A DNA stretch of 64,000 nucleotides, taken from Tubulanus polymorphus (taxonomy: Eukaryota > Animalia > Nemertea). The notes beneath the pieces were generated by a model. That model worked only from the letters and a program-made list of their open reading frames with translations, did no database searches and was not told the DNA's origin. Each line of letters begins with the position of its first letter. Position 1 is the stretch's first letter. A program made the position numbers and the translations under genes. This document shows, in pieces, positions 13,038-24,714 of this stretch. The DNA is taken from positions 13,379,807-13,443,806 of the forward strand of contig NC_134031.1 of assembly GCF_964204645.1 (NCBI RefSeq), written 5' to 3'.

Positions 13038-14143
13038 ACAAAATACTTTTTATGTTCCAAATAGTATTTATTTATCAGCCGATAAAAAAGTAACTGGTAA
13101 TAATAATAATTATGTTGTTGATAATGTTGGAAGATATTTGATTAAAAAATTAACAATAAAGATCGGTCCAGAAACAGTTTTCTCATTAGATGATTATAAT
13201 TTATTTATGCATTATAAAGATTTATGGTTAACTAAAGAAAATAGAAATAATATGATATTTCAAGGAATCCAATCAGAAAACCAAAATAAATTAAGATCAG
13301 AAGCACATAATGCAATATTAACTAGTTCTATAGATAAATTGATAAAAAGTATATATGGAAGCAAATATAAAATTCCATTACACTTTGAATTGATAAATAA
13401 TAATGCACCTTTATATAAATACGCAATTCAAGAAGATGTTATATTCGAAATAACATTTGCTTCTGTTAATGAAATGTAATATCTAGCGTCAATAAAGATA
13501 TGAGTTATAAATTATCGAATATATGTTTAGAATATGATACAGTAACTGATGAAAATATTTCAAGTATAATTCAAACTCAATACAATCAAGGATTTTCATT
13601 ATAATATGATTATATTGATAAATTTAAAACTGTAACTATTAATGCAAATGATGAAATAAGTAATGAGAATATTAACTTCCCAAGAAGATCTATTAAAGGT
13701 ATATTAATATTTTTTACCATTGCAACATATACTAATGGCGCAATAAATGTTGATAATTATTATAATCCTGAAATAACAAAAGTAGAAATAACTATCGAAG
13801 GAATGGCAAATAAAATATTTTGTCAAGGAATGAGAATGATTGATCAATGGCCAGAAATTAGAAAACATTTTATGAATGAAAAAGTAAAATCATCTGTGAA
13901 AATTGTAATATTAATCAAATTGATTATTATACCGGTAATAAATACGCACTATGGTTAGATTTTAGAACAACAGAGGATAATTCATTACATGGTTCTGGAA
14001 AAAAACTACAGAACACTAAAGATGGAATACAATTATTCATGACAAAGAATAAAGGAATCAAAAATTTCAAAATGCACATTTATATTATATCTGACGCGCA
14101 ATTAAATATTGTAAATTCTCAATTAAATAGTGGTATGTATTAA
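12895..14143 (+). pseudogene. Major capsid protein (double jelly-roll, hexon-like), disrupted
   Basis: ~415-codon region starting INPSKNHRISNAIK...ITHNPSNINPDETLYVRIPRL, with NFPRRSIKGILIFF, YNPEITKVEITIEG, KYALWLDFRTTEDNSLHGSGK. Pattern and size fit a Polinton MCP. Confidence 0.8.
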
Positions 14144-14175
14144 AATTTTAACTTTAATAAAAATTTATATAATAA

Positions 14176-15081
14176 ATGGAAGGAGGTAAAGTATATAAAC
14201 ATATTCCATACATCGATACACATGAAAATAATGATGGTTTATATTATGTAATACCTTGTAATATAGCTTTGATATTTGATCCTATTTTCAAAATTTATAA
14301 AACTAAACTAATAGAAATCGATAATAATAAAAGTGGTGTTGTTGATAATTTAAGTAATGTAATTGATAATAATGTAATACCTTCTACATCTAATAATGTA
14401 ATACCTTCTACATCTAATAATGTAATACCTTCTTCATCTAATAATGTAATACCTTCTACATCTAATAATGTAATACCTTCTACATCTAATAATGTAATAC
14501 CTTCTACATCTAATAATCTAATACCTTCTACATCTTATAATGTAATACCTTCTACATCTAATAATGAAATAATATTAAATATTAGTGAAAATAGAAATTA
14601 TTGTGATTATTGTAAAGGTGAATTTTCAAACGCTCCATCAAATTGGAATAAACATATGAATACAAAGGTACATATTACTAATGTAATAGAACGTGTTGGT
14701 TTAAGAGAATTTAGAGAACACCCATTTATATATGTTACAAAGTTTGTTTCAAATAAAAAAGTAAATGGTAAAGAATTATATGAAGATTTATTATTAGCAA
14801 CACCTAATAAAGATGAATTAGATTTAACCGATGCTAATAAAATATTAGGAGCAAACATTGTAAATGAAATATTAGAGGCAAACACTAAGAAAGATGATAA
14901 TGAAAATATAGTTACAGGAAATCGTATTGATAATAAAGATTCTATGAAACATAAAGTAGAAAATAATGATAAATTTGATTGGATGAATAAGCATAACAAT
15001 AAAACAATTGTAATCTCAGTAATAATTTTGAACCTTTATTATTCTTTAATTTATTCATATATTAATCATGTAATTCAGTAG
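14176..15081 (+). CDS. Accessory protein with 8x NNVIPSTS repeat and a C2H2 zinc finger
   Basis: 301-aa ORF; CDYCKGEFSNAPSNWNKHMNTKVH; TAAATG start. Confidence 0.65.
   Translation: MEGGKVYKHIPYIDTHENNDGLYYVIPCNIALIFDPIFKIYKTKLIEIDNNKSGVVDNLSNVIDNNVIPSTSNNVIPSTSNNVIPSSSNNVIPSTSNNVIPSTSNNVIPSTSNNLIPSTSYNVIPSTSNNEIILNISENRNYCDYCKGEFSNAPSNWNKHMNTKVHITNVIERVGLREFREHPFIYVTKFVSNKKVNGKELYEDLLLATPNKDELDLTDANKILGANIVNEILEANTKKDDNENIVTGNRIDNKDSMKHKVENNDKFDWMNKHNNKTIVISVIILNLYYSLIYSYINHVIQ
14367..14558 (+). repeat. 24-bp coding minisatellite x8
   Basis: TAATAATGTAATACCTTCTACATC repeated 8 times. Confidence 0.95.
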
Positions 15082-15589
15082 GTATAATTTGATTTTCTTC
15101 CAATGATTGTTGCATAGATTTTCTATCTTTATTGTAGAATAAAACTAGAAATCTTATATTCTCCCTAAAGTCTTTAACAATTGAATTATATTTTTGATTT
15201 AAAACCCATGTTGTTATCCCAAAATGTCTCCCAGAGAAAGCTAAATAGCATAACTCACTTTCTCTAACTTTTGAATCATGTAAATTTGCGCAATCATCTA
15301 TAATGAATAATGTATTTGATCCTTTATAAGTATCAATTGCTATTTTTATACAATTATCTAAATTTTCTTTTACTGTTTTAGGATCTAATATAATAAACTT
15401 TTTTATTTTAACTATATCCCTATTATATGTTTTATTCATTTCATGAGTAGGACAGAATAATATTATATTATCAAAATTATTCTTATAAATAGTTTCTAAC
15501 AAATCTAATATGAAATGTGTTTTACCACAGTTTGTTACCCCAGTTATTAACATATTATGCGGTTCAAATATAAATAAATCTTTATTCAT
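15062..15589 (-). CDS. A32/FtsK-like genome packaging ATPase (C-terminus possibly truncated)
   Basis: Walker A GVTNCGKT, Walker B FIIDD, SGRHFGIT, Q-K-Y motif. Confidence 0.9.
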   Translation of the reverse strand: MNKDLFIFEPHNMLITGVTNCGKTHFILDLLETIYKNNFDNIILFCPTHEMNKTYNRDIVKIKKFIILDPKTVKENLDNCIKIAIDTYKGSNTLFIIDDCANLHDSKVRESELCYLAFSGRHFGITTWVLNQKYNSIVKDFRENIRFLVLFYNKDRKSMQQSLEENQIIPTELHD

Positions 15590-16674
15590 TTATTCTTTTA
15601 ATTTTACTAGATAAAATCCATTGATTAAATTTATCATCATATCCTTTATATTTCACCAAAGAATACTTTTTTCCTTTAAGAGTTTTTGTTTTCAATACTT
15701 TTTCTATTTTGTATTCTATTTCATCTGGATTTGGTACAAGTGATAATTCTTGTTCATAGAAATAACCTAATATTTCTTCATCTTTTAGATCTTCTAATTT
15801 ATAAACAAATGGTTTAGTTAATATTATCTTTTTAATCTTGAATATTTCTTCTGTAAAACTTGGGGTATAATCTTTATACAATGTTTTTCTATATTTAGAT
15901 ATTCTAACATGTTGTCCAATTTTAAATTTAGGTTCTCCAAAATCATGTGTAACAAACGCACCATATGAATTATTCCAAACTATTTCTGAATTATATTCTT
16001 TTCTAGCTTGTATAGGTTTCATATTTATAGAACTATGTTTAGAATTATTATAACCTTTCACTAAATCATCTAATACATCGATATATTTATATGTTTTATT
16101 AGCAGTAAAATATTTCCACATTCTAGATTTCAATGTTTTATTAAATCTTTCTATAATAGATGCTTTTTTATCTGAGTGTGTTGAAAAATAATCTACATCG
16201 TTATCAGATAATAGTTTTTTAAAAATGTTTATTATAGAATTCCTTACCTTCATCAAATTGTATCTTATCTGGAATAGCTTCTTCAAATATTGATTTAAAA
16301 GCATTTGTCACTTCTATACCAGTTTTATTTTTGATTGGAATTGACCATGCGTATCTACTGAATATATCCATAACATTTAATATCCAGAAATATCCTTTGT
16401 TGTGTTCTTCTAAGTTCTTCATGTCAATTAAATCTGCTTGCCATTGTTGATCGATATATGAAACCATAACTTTTCTTGTTAAATAAGTTTTATCCATTTT
16501 CTTGTGGATTTGATATGTTGGTTGATTTTGTAACCATGATTTTAACTCACTATATTTTATATTACCATTTTCCTTATCAGATTTAATTTTATCCCATAAT
16601 TCTGAAACGTTAGAATATGATACTTCACTTTCTGGGTTATAATATAAATCTCTTAAATATTGTTCTTTTTTCAT
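15582..16674 (-). pseudogene. Retroviral-like (rve) integrase with C-terminal chromodomain, one frameshift
   Basis: WQADLIDM, QFDEGKEF, SIIERFNKTLK; chromodomain YKIEKVLK...LVKYKGYDDKFNQW. Full-length copy at 47826-48917. Confidence 0.95.
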
Positions 16675-16680
16675 CTTATT

Positions 16681-17052
16681 TTAATACATTAATAATAATT
16701 TAGATTTAGTTTCAATGGCTTTGTGATTTGACTTATTTTCTGGTATAATAGGTTTATTATCATTGGAATCATCTTTATCATCAGATTTGAATTTTGATTT
16801 ATATATTACACCGGATAATATAATAATTGCGATTAACCCAATTGTAATATATAAGTAATTATGAGATTCAGCTGTGCTGAATCAATCAGATGGATTATTA
16901 TTTGAATCAATATCAGATAATTTCTGTGATTCATTTATATCAGTTAATTTCTTTTTCTTAGCTTTTTTTTATTCCGCAGATCTTTTTCCCAACTCCTTTG
17001 CCCACTGTATTTGTTTTTCAGATCGAACCTTTTTCTTAACATCATCACTCAT
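16681..17052 (-). pseudogene. Small basic protein with a single TM, disrupted
   Basis: RSEKQIQWAKELGK...YLYITIGLIAIIILSGVIYK; homologous to Mav-3 41406-41083 (KSPGRVAWGKKLAE...WIAIGGLLVGLGALYY). Confidence 0.55.
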
Positions 17053-17653
17053 TTATTTTAGTTAATTTTTGTTCTGATTCATTTTCTGTTTCGCTGTTTG
17101 GTTGTAGTACATCTGTTTCGTTCTCACCTGATTTGTTTTCCATAGGTTTGATATTCGAAAATGTTATGACGCCAGTAGAAATTAATATCATAACCGATCC
17201 TAATTGGAATGAAGCATATCCAACCCATTTTTGTAATTCAGTCATAACTAAGTAGTCATTTTTCAAATCACTATATAATTTATTTTCATCATCAATTGGT
17301 ATTAACTGGTTACATAACTTAGAATAACATTTGACAATACCATCTGAAATAGAATCATTTATTCTAGCTAATCTAGCTTCTTCATAAATCTTAAAATATT
17401 TTATTACTATATCTGGTTTCATAGCATCTAATTCTTGAAAAGTAATAGTCTTAGTTAAAAATTGTTTAGATTTCCCGCCAGGAATTAGTAATTCAAGATG
17501 GTGTTTACAATATAAATAGTATTCATAATCTATATTGTTATTAACTTGAATATTATTTTCAATTTTGGTCGGAATATCCTTATTATCACTAATACCTAAA
17601 TCATCTAATGTTTTTTCAATGCTGGTATTATTCTTACTCGATTTCTTTGACAT
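17045..17653 (-). CDS. Conserved Maverick hypothetical protein (202 aa)
   Basis: Intact ORF; near-identical to 34247-34849 and distantly similar to Mav-3 41924-41458 (ISDGIVKCYSKLC vs LINSILYGYSKLC). Confidence 0.7.
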   Translation of the reverse strand: MSKKSSKNNTSIEKTLDDLGISDNKDIPTKIENNIQVNNNIDYEYYLYCKHHLELLIPGGKSKQFLTKTITFQELDAMKPDIVIKYFKIYEEARLARINDSISDGIVKCYSKLCNQLIPIDDENKLYSDLKNDYLVMTELQKWVGYASFQLGSVMILISTGVITFSNIKPMENKSGENETDVLQPNSETENESEQKLTKINE

Positions 17654-17900
17654 TTATATTAGAGAAATTTAATAAGAAAAATATTATAAGTATTATAAAA
17701 TGATACCAGTATCTCTTTAGATTAATACTAGCTTAGTTAAAGGTAAAGAATTTTAGTATTAGTTATTGTTTTTTTAGTATTTTTTATTTGTGATATAAAG
17801 TATTCTTTTTTGAAAAGAAAATATTAAAAAAACAATAACTAATACTAGCTAGTTGAAGATATGTAATTTTTAATACTTTTTCTTAAAAATCTATTATTCT

Positions 17901-18567
17901 TTAACCACTCATTAAAGACTCAACGTATTGTTCATTATTCGGATCATTGTTCCATTGATCAATAAATTTCTTTGCCTTTCTTAACTGTTCTAAATATAAC
18001 TGTAAATCTAGTTTATTAGATTTGATTTGATTTTCTTTCTTTTTAAGAGGTCTTAAATTTTTCCAATTCCAAATAAGTTTTTTTATTGTATTCATCATTC
18101 ATGTTAAATTTAGATATTGGTAACGTATGATCAATATGAAAATAATCTCCATAATTATCTATATTCATTTGACTATCGAATTGAAATATAATCCATGATT
18201 TGAGAAATTCATCTGAACAACCCAACAAATTAGATGGTGTTTCTGAATGTGTTTCTTTGTTGAATAATTGTGTTAATCTAGATCTTAAGCATTGTTTCAA
18301 TCTAAAATTAAGATCTGTTTGATATCTTTCTCTCATATATTCTGCCATATAATAATTATGATGTTCTATATTATCTTCTCGATATTGTTTGGTATATAGT
18401 TTAGTGCAAGTTTTACAGCAATATTGAAAACCATCTTTGCTAATCTTGCGCTTACTAAATTCTGTAAATGGTTTATCTAATTCACACTTAGAACACTTCT
18501 TGTAGTATATATTTATAACACCAGTGTTATTTGTAATATTGATAGTTTGTGGTTGTTCTGGTTCCAT
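17901..18567 (-). pseudogene. Zn-ribbon + HNH/EndoVII-like endonuclease, frameshifted
   Basis: KKCSKC...DGFQYCCKTC, FHIDHTLPIS...WNWKNLRPL...EN..KSNK; intact copy at 32464-33117. Confidence 0.8.
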
Positions 18568-18714
18568 TTATTATACGTATTTTTTTGCTAAATTGGTTAA
18601 TATTTTAGAATCCTCTACCATTTCTTCGACCAACGTCATCCTTTTTCATTCCTCGTTGCTTTTGATAAGTCATTTCGATTCCTTGATATCTAAATCATAC
18701 CAATTACAATACCC

Positions 18715-19070
18715 GCGTCACATGCGGGCATACAGGAGCGCTTTTGCTTAATGCGCATGTGTTAATCATAATTATATATTCATTCTATAAATTCTGTAAA
18801 ATAGAAACAACACATGCGTTACATGCGTCACATGCGGCCATTGATGTCCGGTTTTGCTTAATGCACATGTGTTAATCATAATTATATATTCATTCTGTAA
18901 AATAGAAACAACTGAACATAGAAAATTCAAACGCATTCATGTCCCCGTCACATGCGTTACATGTGTCAGTCACATGCGGCTATTTATGACCGGTTTTGCT
19001 TAATGCGCATGCGCTAATCATAATTATATATTCATTATGCAAATAGATACGACCGAACATAGAACATTCA
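18715..19070. promoter_or_regulatory. Three imperfect ~110-140-bp repeats with GCGCATGCGC-like and CACATG motifs upstream of the HNH gene
   Basis: Repeated CATGCGG...TTTTGCTTAATGCGCATG...AATCATAATTATATATTCATT; also present inverted at ~32030-32320. Regulatory role is inferred. Confidence 0.5.
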
Positions 19071-19709
19071 CCAAGTAGATTTACACAATACATTATACAA
19101 GTATGTTCAGTCGTTTCTTCCAATACATCATTTGATTTCTATAAATACAATTTATAATTACAAACATTTTTTCAATTGCCGGTAAATATTTAACTACATC
19201 AACAAATGTTAAACTTAATCATTGGAGTCTTAATGTTTTTGAAATTCTTATATAGTTTCTTCGTTGATCTTTTGGTGTTTCTTGTGCCAATCTCTATTGG
19301 TTCGATATCCATTGCTGTTGATTCCTCAGTCAGAAAGAGTATCTTAAGTTTCTCTATCGCGTCTTGATGCGTATGACGTTTTATTAATCTAAAAGATATG
19401 AACGGTAACTCTAGCTATCTAAAAGATATACTAAATACGCTTAAATATATCTAAAGGTTTCATATTTAATAGCCCTAATAACTACAAAAACAATTCTTAC
19501 ATTTAGATTTAGAATTGTAAACTATAAACTCCTAATTGCGTTTCGAGAGAGAATATCCTAAACGTTATGTTACATCGTCTATTCAGTTCCGGTGCGATTT
19601 CGAAATGAACACGTCGTCGATTATGCCACGTCATCTAGTTCCGGTACACCTTCTAGAATGTTCTACGCGTTTGCAGTATTATGGATATTGAAAAATATGG
19701 ATAAATATG

Positions 19710-20031
19710 GATATTGAAATAATGTTTAAAATATATCTATCTATCTATTCTATAATAGCTCGTTAATTACTCGTTACTTTTATATTGAATAATCTATCAA
19801 TTTATATGTTATTCATATATATAAATATTTTAAGAGTAATAGGGGTTTAGTTGGTTCAGGTTAAAGGTTGAATGGTCGAGTTCATTAAAAACAAATATTA
19901 AAAGCAATTTAAAACTATAATATATTTTCATAGCCGTGTGTATTTTAGTTAAATAATAGAATAATTATTATCATTTGAATATATTTGATTATATGAATTT
20001 GTGTATTGTAAATGAATCAATTGGTCGCGGA
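19710..20031. repeat. Mav-1 right TIR, ending at the apex of the fold-back
   Basis: Reverse complement of the inner arm of the left TIR; stops at AATTGGTCGCGGA. Confidence 0.9.
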
Positions 20032-21036
20032 TGTAAATACATCCATCATGCCGATTACAAACCGTTTCATCTGAATCTGTATCTACAGGTCACGATTTAC
20101 GTTATTTTTTTAGCATTGCCATCTTCGGTTTCGGTACAAATTTACTGTCTTTTATCATTCTCAACAAAGAACATTCAAACAACACCAGTATATTTTATTT
20201 GAGATGTTTGGCTATTGCTGACATGTTTATTTGTATTTCTTATATTGTATTTGACTTTCAGTATCGGCAATACAGTCACACATTGTTACTGGACATGACC
20301 GCTGAAATAAACCATGTTATGAAACGCATGTATTCATACACTCAACATATTCGAATTCTGTTTTCAGACACTAGTGATCTGATTACATTGCTAATAGCCA
20401 TAGATAGATATATCATTGTTTGTTGGCCTCTGAAAGCTGTTAGAATCATAAGTATGAATAGAAGTTACATATGCATCACCTTTGTTGTGATAATCATATT
20501 TTGTGATCAAACTAGAAATTATTTCAAGTATTATACTCGCCGTTCCATTTATCCATGCACTGGACACGAGCGATGGACTCAGAAGTTGACTCCATTCGGT
20601 AAAAACAAATATTTGAGATATTATGAGGTTTTTGTTTCCGCTCCTATATTTACTATTATCCCAACAGTACTAGTAGTTCTGATAACTATCCGATTGATTT
20701 TCACATTACGACGCGCTGGAGCGGCGAGAAAAACCATGTCAACAAATAATCAAACTTCTAATAGCAGCAGTAGTGAACGTAGTTTAACTATGACACTAAT
20801 TCTCATATCATGTTTCTATTTGCTTAAAAAAGCAGTAAGTCACAGAGTCGTAATAATAAATCTGATCTTAACACTAAATGGTAAAATTGGTAAAGGCTCC
20901 TGTAATAATAGTCCAAATACAAAATATAGTTAGAATGATGGTAGCATCTTGTAATTTCGTCATTTATTGTGCCTCGCCGCACCGCTTTCGAAATCAACTG
21001 AAGAGGATGATTTCCATTAGACGAAATTGTGACTAA
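20032..21036 (+). pseudogene. Intronless class A (rhodopsin-like, peptide-receptor-type) GPCR pseudogene, 5'-truncated
   Basis: TM1 IFGFGTNLLSFIIL, TM2 YLRCLAIADM, TM3 IAIDRYIIVCWPLKA, TM5 IIPTVLVVL, TM7 ASCNFVIYC in another frame. Frameshifts near 20105 and ~20900. Confidence 0.85.
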
Positions 21037-21455
21037 AATAACTTAAAGAAAAGGAAACATACCCCTTGATTCTTGATCATTGTTCATCATTTATTGATCA
21101 TGATTATTCAGTGGCAATGTGAAACAAAGGACCGCATACCTTAACCGCGTGTCAAAACATTTGCAAATAAATTGCCCATGGGCAAAGTGTGGTTTACCTT
21201 GAAAGCTAGAGGTTGTCTGGAGTAAGGGCATTGCTTGAAAAATCATTGTAATTCGTGACTTCAAAGATCCACAGTTTATATTGTATTTTATCTTTCTTAA
21301 AGAATTATTTTGAAGTCAAATAAGACCAAAGATATACATTTTTTTGTGGTCCACGTCCAAAAGTTTGTAGGGTACAGGTAGGCACGGCAGGGAAACTATT
21401 TTATATTTTCAAAAAAATATGTTAAATTTAATATGAAAAAAAAATATTCAAATAA

Positions 21456-22867
21456 GGCCATCCCAAAATAATTGTCTGTTTGTTGCAACACCGACTCAAC
21501 TTTTCAGGATGAGTCGGTTGGTAGGTAGAATTTTTTTTGCAAAATTTTTGGGCAAAAAAAACAAATTTTTCACCTTTGGGCTTTTTTACATGGAAACAAT
21601 ATCGCAAAAAATCATCTACGTTGCGCACAGGAAATTTGTCTAAAAGCGTAGATTTCAAGAATTATTCTAAAATTATTACTTCGTCCAGAGCGTCATCTCT
21701 GTCTTAAAAATGAAACAGTACATTGAATATGTGCGCGCTTTTACGTTACCAGCTATTCAGTCACTATAGTCACTATTAGAATGAATGGCAGCTTATTGGA
21801 ACACTGCCAGTTTCCTAGAAACTTAAACTAGGCCACATGTCAAGGCATGTTTTCACACGATGCACACTAGAATTCAAACATACGTAGCTCATAGTCGGTC
21901 GGCCGTTTTTATCAAAAATAAAATTTATTTCAATGAATCCCAGAAAAAAGTTTTCACTCGGTACCTTAGTTAGTTACCTAATCGTTGGTGGTAAGCTTTT
22001 TATAATCGGATCGGCTTATACCAACGTTAGGGATGACAAGGACCAAAACACGGTTGAAAAAAGTAACACTTCAAAAATATACTTTCTACTCACTTCAGTC
22101 CACAATTAATGGCTTAATTCACTAACTAACACAGGTACCTTTCGAAATAATCCAATTTTATGTATATTTCGAGTGATTAATCATCATTATTTTGAGAAAT
22201 TAAATAATTTCTCCACAAATTTCGCCATTGGCCGCCATTTCTCTGTATTGCACATGTGGCATGATAAGACAAGGGGACTTACAAGGATTTATATAAAACT
22301 TCCAAGACGAAACGACAATTTTTATTTTTGCTGGTTTTCCAACTTATATTTCAAATCTTCGTGTTTTCCATAATAAATAATGAAATCATAAATTCTGGTA
22401 AAAGAAAAATGTGAATAAGTGTTGATTTCTCAATTTTTTTTCAATTTCGTCGTTTCGCTTCGTTAGTTTGTGCTGTTGTCCTAGCCTCAGTCTACAGGTG
22501 CCAGCACCCCCAGTAATTTTCAAAATGGCAGCTGTTGACTCGACGGAAATTTACTCTCACTTTACGGCCGATTTGCACATGGATTAAGATCATCAGGTGA
22601 GGTGTTATAGGTATCAGACAAACAACGATTCTGTTGTGCGTCGATTACAACAAAAATTAGACGGATATCTTAAGAGACAATGAAATGCCAGGCAAATTAC
22701 TCGTCAGTCAAATTGGCTGACGAAGATTGCATACAAAAATGACCTTCCCATTCCTGACTGTGGTTTGTGAAAATATCCGATCGTGAAACTTAACCACAGA
22801 CAGGTTACTGACTATCGGTACCTCTGAAGTCGGGTTACGGCAAACAGACCATTATTTTGGGATGGCC
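21456..22867. mobile_element. Non-autonomous DNA transposon with TAA TSD (Zator- or PIF/Harbinger-like)
   Basis: TIR GGCCATCCCAAAATAAT(T/G)GTCTGTTTG at both ends, flanked by TAA (21453-21455; 22868-22870). No coding capacity. Confidence 0.8.
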
Positions 22868-24300
22868 TAAAATTCATCACATATCAGAGGGTGGCTGAAT
22901 ATTGGGTCTTGGAAACCTCTTCCAATGTTGGCCACGGAAGCTAAAATATCGGTGGTACAGAAGAAATCGGCTATTAGATCGTTTTAAGTCCTGGAATTTA
23001 CCACTACAATATTCAGACCTCGACAGGCCTTATAGTTTGCTGCTTAGTATTTTCAGGTCACAAGATATTACAATTTATTACAAATTCTATCGAACAGAAA
23101 ACACAGCGCTCATCTTCTGCTATGATTATTCAGCCTATTTTCATATCAAACGTTCACGCGTTACAGCATCACCGTAGTGCACTCTGCATGCGGGTATTAA
23201 AATGAAACAATACCTATGGCAGATGAGTGAAATAATTACATCCTCACCAGCAATGAGCATTTGAAATCGGCACGTATACGGCACCTAGTCCAATGAAACG
23301 TACGCCATTCTATGGCTTTCCCATATTTATTTTAGTAGCGCCGGAATTCCCCGTATATCCAAAAAACAGCCAATCCCATTTGTTCGTAGAGACGACGCCC
23401 CCCAATCGAGGTCATTGCAATTTTATACGCGAGAGCTAAGAATTTTCCCGCCAAAAACAGTTTTTCATAGAATTTTAACTCAGTTGACCATGTCATCGAC
23501 GGAGGTTCGCCATGTCTTCAATCGCATCGATTATACGTCTTTTAAGCCGAGAACCAATGAAACAAATGCTCACATAAAAAAACGTACCGCGATTTTACAT
23601 GAATTGGCGCAATGCCAACATCATATCGCTGACAAAGGTAAACCAAAAAGTGACAAAATACTTTATTTGTAGTAAATGACTTAGAATTAATGTCGTATCC
23701 GATTTCAGATGAGTAAAATTAACGGGTTACTGATAGTGGCCTCGGCGACTGGTTTCAGCGACAAAATCCTCACAAGCCACTCACAAACTGCGACAGCAAC
23801 CGTTGACTGCTCTCAGTCCAGGACAGCATCCTGAATATTAAGAACAAAACAAGCATGAATCTTTTGATCATACACTCACAATGACCAGGCAAAACTGACC
23901 TGCTATTTACACTGACATTATTAATTCATTCATTCATTCCACCTAATGGATAGGCCTATTTAATTTCTATTTCTTCTACGGACTAGTTAAAACACTTTGA
24001 AATTGATATTATAGTCTATTACTTATCTATATAACTTAACCCTAGATAATACATACACGCAACAACAACAACAATTCATACGATTGGACAATGTCTCCGC
24101 CTTACGGTACGATTTAGCATAACCCGGAGTTTCAGACCAAGTAGAAAAATGCATATAATTCAATTCAGATGATTCCCAAATTTATCCCAGGAACCTACAG
24201 CTCCCATGCAACACAAAATCACAGACGTATTTACGATAGATTCAAAAAGATTGTGATCTTACCTGAATATTAACAACAAAACGAGCATGAACCTTTTGAT

Positions 24301-24601
24301 TGTCACGGAGCGGATTTCCAAATGCCTGAGTCCCGCATGTTCTACTGCCACTTGCAGTACTGCACTAAATGCAGCACCGATCAGCTGATTCCTTTGTTAC
24401 CACAGATGACTCCAACTAAATAAACAAACGATCAATTAAGAACACTGATAGCATTTATTAACCAGATGAATGTCTCTAATGATCCAGCACTACCGACTGA
24501 ATATATACAGGATATACATTTATATATACCCAAAGTAAGGGGCACCACACTACAAATGAACAGGAACAGGAATGCTCCAATAAAAATAACAACCTGTGAC
24601 A
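24301..24601 (-). repeat. 3' LTR of Gypsy A (internally deleted, 301 bp)
   Basis: Matches both ends of 29501-30477 and lacks ~675 bp between TCCAG microhomologies. Confidence 0.9.
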
Positions 24602-24714
24602 TCCTCCCCCACTTCAAAGATGTCGTCCCGATATCTTTAATCGCACTTACCAAATCAGGAAAGGCACTTACAGAGACTCCCCTAGTTTCCCTACAACAAA
24701 GCAAATATTCACTT

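Larger units (their letters stand above)
1679..20031 (+). mobile_element. Maverick/Polinton (adintovirus-like) element Mav-1, AT-rich, decayed
   Basis: Starts with AGT (AGTAATAGGGG); inverted terminal repeat at ~19710-20031; contains pPolB, penton, MCP, packaging ATPase and rve integrase. The right end is truncated and no TSD is visible. Confidence 0.95.
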
